Assembly (NCBI RefSeq): GCF_009914755.1
Contig: NC_060933.1
DNA: 64,000 bases
Strand: one strand, 5' to 3'
From: the human T2T-CHM13v2.0 reference genome, Homo sapiens
Shown: one piece after another, positions 55,522 to 64,000 of the stretch
How the letters are laid out: each line of letters opens with the position of its first letter
Position numbering within the stretch: the stretch's first letter is position 1
Notes under the pieces: model-generated
What the model was told of the DNA's origin: nothing
What the model saw: only the letters and a program-made list of their open reading frames with translations
Database searches by the model: none
Made by a program: the position numbers and the translations under genes

Positions 55522-56115
55522 TGCACTCAAGGGTGTCTGCTGCTTTCATCTCTATACTTGCCTTTCTATAATCTCCTGTGTACACCAGGGCTGGAGGCTT
55601 GCATGCCACATTTGTAAAACCCCCTTGCCAATTGACCTCCTAATGAGTTCTTTCAATGGGAGACAATAGCAGAAGGTTGGAAATAAGGGAGAAGGGAGAT
55701 GACATTTATTTTTCCTTTTGGCCAACTCATTGACAGTACCAGCCACAGGCAACTGAAGGCAACTATAGGTAACTGAGCTCTAGCTGCGTGGGTGGCCATT
55801 TCAGCAGCATCAGTGAGACTCCAACCTCCTGGATGAGTCCAACTCAGTGGCATCAGTGTGGTTCCAATTACAGCAGAGGCAGCAGCAGCACCTCCAGCAA
55901 CTCAGTATGAGGAGCAAGGTGACTCTAGCTTAGCAGCTTTAAGAACATGAATTTAGAAAACAAAACCAAAAATGTCCTTTGGTTGTTCCAGTCCCTCTCT
56001 ACCTTCTCCTATTTGCTTTCCGACTTTCCAATACCTTTTACACAATTCCCTGAATCAAATCTCTGCTTAAAATATCTTGAGATGTTTCTGATTGCCTAAT
56101 TGAACACTGCCTGAA
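55522..56115 (+). mobile_element. LTR33-like ERVL LTR
   Basis: 'ccccttgccaattgacctcc...caatgggagacaatagcagaaggttgga...gaagggaga'; end 'tgtttctgattgcctaattgaacactg'. Confidence 0.6.
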
Positions 56116-57104
56116 AAAAGGAAGGAAACCAAGAGAATGAGTGGGAAACATTACTACTGTGGCCAGAAGCCAGATGTCAAATAACATAGAGAAAAATTAG
56201 AAACACATGTATATCAGACCTCAGGACAAGCAGAGATCTCAGATATACACCATACCCACAGGAACCTATGAATTCACAAAGTGTGGCCCAATCAGGAGTG
56301 CACAATTCAATAATCATTTAATAATCCAGCAATTTCCTATGGTCTTATAAGACCAACAGTCCATGGGTATGCTTTACAAATTAGAAGTTTTCTAGAAAAT
56401 AAATCGGAGAAATGATCAAATTAATTTGTTTCTTATTCCTTTTCAAAGTATGTTGGTGAATTAAAGGTTCTGAAAAATCTTGAAGGAATAAATCTGTTTA
56501 ACTTCATTTAATTCAAATGTTTCTCATATATGTATATGATATGAGTATGTAAATCTCACGCTCTGCTTTTATCTCTATCTCTGTTTCTTTTCTCATAACA
56601 CCTAGTAACATCCCATTTAACACCCCTCGAAACAAGTATTCTGCTGAATGCACTTTGGGAAACTCTACTGTGAGGGAAGCTGCCCATCTGGTCCGTCTAT
56701 TCTGGACTCTCAAATCTCAACTGCAGTTGGCAGTGCAGCACACTTTGACCAGATATCTATATATAAAAATGTTCCAAAAACTTTGAAGGCAACAAAAAGA
56801 TTAGTGGAAATGATTAAACCAACATTGTAAAACAAATAATTTTCAGTTTAATAGCTGTTCTCATTCTAAATGTACATGTGCAGGTTTACATGCACACATA
56901 CATAAACAAACAACAAACTCCATAGGGCAAGCAGTGAGTTCTGGTGTTATCAACCTCTTCTGTGAAATCATTAATGAAAATATTGCCTAATGAATGACCA
57001 AATAAATAAATGACCTAGAAATCAAGGAAGTTCTCGACCTAACCAGATAGGCTGTTTGTTAATTCGTACTTTACTGAACTTTTTTACTCAGTTTATCTTT
57101 TTGA

Positions 57105-57300
57105 CTCAATAAACACCTAACTGGGTCCTTTCTATGTACGAGATCCAGCAACATTTTAGGAATATAAAGATAAATAGGACAGAGCCCCTGTCCTCAAGGA
57201 GTACCGGCTCAGGAAGTGGGAAAGACAAACACATAAAGAGATGACTCTGAAAATAGTGTGCTTAAAGAACAGCATTTTGTGCAGTGGCAGGGAACAATGG
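57105..57300 (-). mobile_element. L2 3' end fragment
   Basis: 'tcaataaacac...gaatataaagataaataggacagagcccctgtcctcaaggag'. Confidence 0.65.
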
Positions 57301-60290
57301 TAACAGCAAAACTAGATGCCTAACACATCTTTGCATATAAGTGTGTGTGTGCATATGTATAGGAGTGTGAAAGAAGAGAGAGAGAAGTGGAGGGTGTAAG
57401 TGCAAGTAGGAGCGTAGGAGTAAGGGAAGGCTCTCTTGCAATGTTGTTTGTGGTGGCAAAAGGAAAACCAGGTAGGAGAAAGAAAATCATCTCAAGGAGC
57501 TGCTATGTTCATTTACCATATTGAAATAGAAACTAGGAAGTGACAATAAGAATAAAGCCTGAGGGTTATACAAAGGTGACTCTGAGTTATGAAAAAGGTG
57601 TACTTCCTGTGCAGTCCTCACCTTTAATAAAGGACACAATTTAATTCAAAGATATGAATACTTTATGAATGAATTTCAGATCTCTGCTACCTGCCTCCAC
57701 CCCACTCAAGACACACCAGGTAAGCCCTGACTTACGTCTTGTGCTTCTGGCTGAACACGAGTGTCACACTCAGGACTCCCAGATAAGAACAGAGCACTAA
57801 AAGGATGAGGATCCCATGAGAAGGAAACAAGAGCAGCACATAAATTATTCTGTGAGAGCCATAGCCTTCCTTTGCATTTTTCTTGTAGAGCTTCCCCCTT
57901 TCTTTACCCCTAGACCCCAGACAACTAGTTCAGATATGTCTGGCGTCATCTAACAATTCCCTTACATTTCTTGCTCATGCAGCAGGAGGCATTTCCTATT
58001 CTACTTAAGGAATCCAAAAGGAAACTAAGACGTTCATAAAAACTCATTTTAACAGACAATTTAATATGAATACTGATATTCATATTAAATAGTGCAATAA
58101 GTAAACACTGGCAAAAGTTCTCATCAGTGGATAAATGTTTCTTAAATCCTTATCACTAGAAACTAGTAATCCTGATCTGTAGAATCATGTCTCCAGAAAC
58201 TGACTTGTCTCCAGGGGAGCAGAGGCAGGTGCTCAAAAGCTTTGCTTGTATGTCTATTACCAGTATAACGTCTCAGATATTAAACCTCTTGCAGACAAAG
58301 ATCACAGACATATGATGAATAAATAAATAGATTTCATGAAAGTAACTCAACAGTACATTTGTTGACCATGGTGACCTTCACTAATAGCAACTGAAGAAGT
58401 CTTGTCAAGTGGAGAATTGCTCAAAAAAGAAACAATTATGTATAATATGGCACCTATAAAAATGGCAGTAATTAACCATAAGCAGTCAGGAGTATGGGTT
58501 GTGATTTGTAGTATGTAAAATCCAAATGTAAATTCTATGTAAATTTGGGAAGAGGTTTTAGGGATTACCTAATTCAACTTCTTTTTTATTTGACGTATGT
58601 ACTACTGAAGGCCAGAGAGGCCCCTGCTGAAGGTCATTGGCAGTATACAAATTAGAACTCATGTTTGAGTCTCTTTATGGATTATATCGGGCTGCCTTAT
58701 ATATTCTTCAGAGGTGTCATACTGTTGATATGACATATCACTTCTCAGTACAAAGCAACAATCAGACACTCTAATCCCACTTCTCTTTTACACAGATATT
58801 ACCATTTCAATGTGTGGCTTCTCATTTTGCTGAGAGGTTTTTCTTCCTCACCCACCCCCTCCTTAAATCAGGCAAAGAGACAAGTAACTGACTTCGGTTT
58901 CAAAAATGTAACCCGCAAGTGCATAATTCTTCCTGTCAGATTTCCTTTTCTGTAAGTTGGTGAGTTTATTGTGGTAGCACTCAAAAGGCTGAGCCTGAAA
59001 AGTTCTATAACATATGGCATACATTTAACATGGCTTGTGAATTAAAAATAACAGCCTGCCATCTGCCTCTGCAAGTTGATTTTATCAAAGTCTAAATGAG
59101 AAGCTCAGAGACGTGAATGTTGTCAATTAAAATAAGAAATACTCAAGTTCAATACAGAGTGACCAGTCCATGCTTTTTTTTCTTCTGCACTGGACTAAAG
59201 TTACCCATCCCCTTCACTCCTGCCAATTGAAAGAGCTGCCTAATTTTCAATCTACAGAACTATTTGTAACCATACATCTAATTTCTTTCCTATCTTCCCC
59301 AAAAAAACTTGTCACAAATTTAGCTTCCAAAGTTACCTTCCTCTAGGAATATGTTATGTGTATTTCTTCTTGAGGTTTTAGACTCCTAAACAATTGATTA
59401 CAGTTTGTAAAATCTTTTCTTCATATAATATTAAAGTTCTTTTCTTCTAAACTTGACAGCCAATTAAGTAATAGATGTCAGAAGGAGGAGTTTGATGATT
59501 TTTTCATCATCATACTTTCTCACATCCTGTAGAAATTTCTGGAAATGATCTAAAATGCTGAAGTGTGACTCAGAAGCCCACACATCAATTTAGCCAGATT
59601 AGCATTTATCAAGCAACTATATCAGAGACATCCCTGGAGAGGTGATGGTCACGTGAAGGGTTTAAGGCAATTGATGCTTTCAGAAAGCTGGCGCCAATAG
59701 TTGAGAAGATAAGATTTATGCCTAAGAAATGATTTGAGATGAAGCCCATCTTTGTATAGCCAAGTGCTTATCTGAGTATACTGACAATAAATACAATAAT
59801 AGTTCTGAGAAAGGAGAGTTTCCTTCCTGAGTCCCTGTCATTTTTAGTCTAAGGGCAGGAGGCTTAACCTGTTTATTTTCCAATTTTATTACTGCATAAA
59901 CATTTTGTGTGCAGAACAATAAAAAATATGATCATATAAAGTGCTAAATTTGTAAGCATTTTACAAAAGCCAAAGGGATAACCGTAGAGAATATAAAGTG
60001 TGCTTATTAAGTAATCTAGGTAAAGTGTCCAAGTCCACAAGAGTATCTTGATTGAAATTTAAGTAGGAAAGCTTTATAGGAACATATAATTTCTTGACTG
60101 AGATTAAAAAACAAGTAATTCAAAGTACAATACAGAAATTCCATGAATCAGATGTCACAACTATCAACACCGGGGAGTAAATCTTGCAATGGATAACTGC
60201 ATGTGTTATAAACATGAAGATCTGGGCTATCTAATCATGCAGGTCCCAAGTGGCACAAATCTAGGGGGAGCCCTTCGTGTGGATGACAGT

Positions 60291-60766
60291 ATGTATATTT
60301 TATTAATTTCTCAAGGCTGCTACAACAAATTACCACAAATGTGGTGGCTTATCACACAGAAATTTATTCTCTCTCAGTTACGGGAGCCAGGAGTCCAAAA
60401 TCAAGGTGTAGAATAATGCTTCCTTGGAAGGCTCTAGGGCAAAATTTTTCCTTGCCTCTTCCAGCTTCTGGTAGTGGGCATTTTGGCTCCTCACTCCAAG
60501 CCTCCTGGCTGTGGCAGTGTAACTCAATCTCTGCCTCCATCTACACATTGCCTTTGTCCCAGTGTGTGTCAAATCTCCATCTCCTCTCTTATAAGGACAA
60601 CAATCATTGGATTCAGGTCCATTCCTAAATCCAGAATGAACTCATCTCTGGATCCTTAATTGAATTATATCTGCAACAGCCCTGTGTCCCAAATAAAGTC
60701 ATAGTCACAGGTACTTAAATTAAGACATGGACATATCTTTTGAAGGATACAGTACAAGTTACTGTA
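60291..60766 (-). mobile_element. MLT1 (MLT1B/C-like) solo LTR
   Basis: 'ggctgctacaacaaattaccacaaa...aaatttattctctctcagtt...ttccttgcctcttccagcttctgg...ggacatatctttt'. Confidence 0.9.
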
Positions 60767-60916
60767 AGTGTGTAAGTGTCATTTGCTTCCAAATTACGGA
60801 TGCTAGAAATTTGTACTAGGCGGTGGGAATCTTATTTACCAAAACTTTTTCTCTAGAACTTTCAATAAGTGTATCTGGCTGACAATATTCCTCTCTCCCT
60901 GTGTACCAAATCACCC

Positions 60917-60997
60917 ATATTATATATATACATATATTATATATGTATATATTATATATATATAAATTGTATATATTCATATGTGTGTATGCATGTA
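60917..60997. repeat. Degenerate (TA)n low-complexity tract
   Basis: Direct reading. Confidence 0.85.
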
Positions 60998-61697
60998 TTT
61001 TATTTTTTTCCTGAGTCAGATTTTCTAATAAGCAGCAATTCACTTAGTACAGTGACTCCACAGAATCACAGTTCAAAAGGAGTTTTAAAATGTCATCCAG
61101 CAATTAAAAGAACTAGTGTGAGTTGTTTCTACTCCTTTTAGTGTTACAAGTTGAACATCCCTTTGATTATAAATCTGCTTCCAATTCTCGTTATAGGGGT
61201 CTGAAGAAACTGGCAATCACTGATATCAAGTAGAAGAAACATCTAAATGTTAAGAATAATAATGTTCATTAAGTACCCCCCCAAAATCCGGAAAAACATT
61301 CAATGATTCCTATCTTACTCCTTCAATGATAATAAATGTTTACCTAATCAAGGGAAGGCTCTTGGAAGAATGCATGTTTAAAATCCCATTAACAGCAATG
61401 CAAGAGAAGAGCCCAAATGATGAACTGTGTACATTTTAAAGTGAAAATTCATACCACAGGAATGCCCACATATCAAACAAATCAATGCAAGCAATCAATC
61501 ATCTTAATGAAAGCTTATGGTTAGCAGGTATAAATGCCACTGTGATCTCTCACACTTACAAGAAGAAAACTGATTGTGGATATAAACAATTCACTGTGGT
61601 TACATATAAATCATCTTCAATAGCAAGAACTAAAAGGAAACATAATTGAACTTCGTTAAACATCTACAGTCTCCTCATTTATCTTTCAAAAATAGAG

Positions 61698-62005
<308 letters not shown>

Positions 62006-63728
62006 CTAGAGGGATTTTGCTGCCAGTAATTAGACACTTTTCCTCTAAAAACCCATCAACGGCTGTTTCAAACAAAACAATGCCTTCCATTTGAATCACT
62101 GAAGTTCAAGGGAAAGGGAAATTAGAATGTAAGCATGGCAGACTGGTTCTTGAGATAGTCAAGTGTCCAAGTTTGAGCCCAAGTTCTAAATCTTTCACAT
62201 CTAATAGAACAATAATTTATTGAGTGGTTAAGAAGGAATTATCAGTTGCATGAATTGCATGTCTTCTACTAACTCTGATGGGTCATATATAATACTTCTA
62301 TTGATGTAGACATTGGGTTGCGGCTAGGGCTACACTGACTAACAGTGTGATCTTCATTATGTAAGTGTTCACCTCTTTACTTGGGATAGGTGTGAAATAT
62401 CATTATCAAATTTAGCTGGGCTAAGTTGTAATCATCAATAAACTCTTTCAGTTACCCTAAACCTGCCATTTTGCAAAACTTACTACAAATACTGGCAATA
62501 TCATCAATTAAAATTTCAGCTGGTGAATCATACCTGAGGTTTTCTAGTTTTTCACCAATGCTACCTGGTGAGTTCACCCACAAAAGAAAATCAGGAGATA
62601 TACTCATAACCCCCTATATATGTGGAAGATTCACATGGAATTAACAAAATCATTTTAGCAGCACATTACAATTTAAGCAATCAACTTGGCTGAAGAGTGG
62701 GGGGGAATCTATCACACTATAGTTTGATGTTATGCTGATGAAACAATTCATTGACCAATAACTTTTATTTTTATCCAGTTACCTCAGATGTGTTATCTCA
62801 CTCACTTGATAAGAACTTCTACTTTAAAAATGAATTTTTTACCTTTGGTTTCTGGTGCTCCATCCATTCATATATTTTTATGTCATTTGAAGCACTTTAG
62901 TTAAGGTAAAAAATATGGATCAAAACATGAAAAAAATATGTGCTTCATCTATTTAAGTGTGGCATTAACACTTAAATATAGAAATATATTCTATAAATCT
63001 ACCCTCTGCATCTCCAAGACTATTTTTTGCCTCTTCAATCTCAGTCCACAGACTTTCCATTTATTCCAAGAATAATGAAACTGTCAACCAATTATCTTCT
63101 GTTAATGGATGTTCAATTACTTATACAAAGGGCCAAAATAAGCACCAGTTACTACAAAACACTTGTGTGTAATTCAAATCAGAAACAGAGGGACTTTAAA
63201 AGTCTCTTAATATGGCAAGGGCAGGAAGTGCTGCACAGACTGAAGGCGCCCCATAAAAATCAGAGGGGATGGAAAGAAGATGCAACCAGAAAGGAAAGAG
63301 TAAGATTTCAAAAAGCAGTCTTCATTGAGAAAGCTAAGCTGACAAATACATGAAGATTACAGTTGGCTGCTTTGAGCCCTCTTTCTCTTGGGAATACTTC
63401 ACTTGGCCCAATATTCCCTAAGGGTTGGTCCTTGAGAAGTAAAATGCCTCAAGGGATGTCTCCAGGCATGAAAGTGATTGTTCTTCTCTATTGAGCCTTA
63501 TGGCTCCAAAATTGACAACAGTACAAAATGCTTTTTTAAGTAGTCATAATCTCAGCTAGATAAATTTTGTCCAAACAAGAAAAGATGCAACAACAAATGA
63601 CACAAAAACTTTGCATAGGAGTTAGAAGGCCATGTCAGTTGCCAACAAAAAATTAAGGTTGTAGGTTCAGCTTAAGCAACGGTAACTGAAGATGGCAATC
63701 ACAGAAATGAAGTCCTCAGACCTGAACC

Positions 63729-64000
63729 TGTTAGCGGTGGAAGAGATCTGAGTTACCCTGAGTTACAGGCAGCGAATCTGTACATGACTGCAGCAACTTC
63801 AGCTCTTGCCTACTCAGAAGAAAGAATTCGACTGAGGAGCATAGAGCGGAAAAAGAGACCCAGGCAAGTTCCAGAGCAGGAATGGAAGTTTATTAAAAAG
63901 GCCTTAGAACAAGAAAGAAAGGAAAGATCTCTTGGAAGAGACCCAAGTGGCTACCTGAATGTCAAAGAGAGAAAAAGAAAGCTTTTTACCTTGGACTTTA
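63729..64000 (-). mobile_element. ERV1-class LTR (LTR9/LTR19-like), running off the window end
   Basis: 'tgttagcgg...ctgcagcaacttcagctcttgcctactcagaagaaagaattcgactgagg...gaagtttattaaaa' (minus-strand AATAAA). Confidence 0.7.

Overview
AT-rich, CpG-depleted primate genomic DNA. AluY, AluS, THE1 and MST elements point to human or another catarrhine; I cannot place the locus. It reads as deep intronic or intergenic sequence: I see no CpG island, recognisable protein-coding exon, RNA gene or CRISPR-like array. A large share is fossil interspersed repeat: 13 Alus (most with visible target-site duplications, TSDs), several L1s (two multi-kb ORF2+3'UTR fragments at ~23.7-27.3 kb and ~35.5-39.1 kb), L2/MIR, MaLR/ERVL/ERV1 solo LTRs and hAT/Tigger relics, often nested. 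The ORFs I can assign are Alu, L1, LTR or microsatellite read-throughs; the rest match nothing I recognise. Subfamily names come from my recollection of consensus sequences and need RepeatMasker/Dfam confirmation. I found no evidence of a novel gene-encoded biological system. The most interesting signals are: (1) a tandem-duplicated SOX-OCT composite motif with a MORE-like palindrome at the junction, inside a MER74-like LTR in a three-level nested insertion (~18.66-18.75 kb); (2) several short template-switch/fold-back scars, the clearest being in repeats whose consensus shows the original sequence; (3) a ~50-bp dispersed duplication 1.6 kb apart next to a hairpin; (4) repeat-free, motif-rich blocks that may be enhancers; and (5) a few weak candidate non-coding exons.
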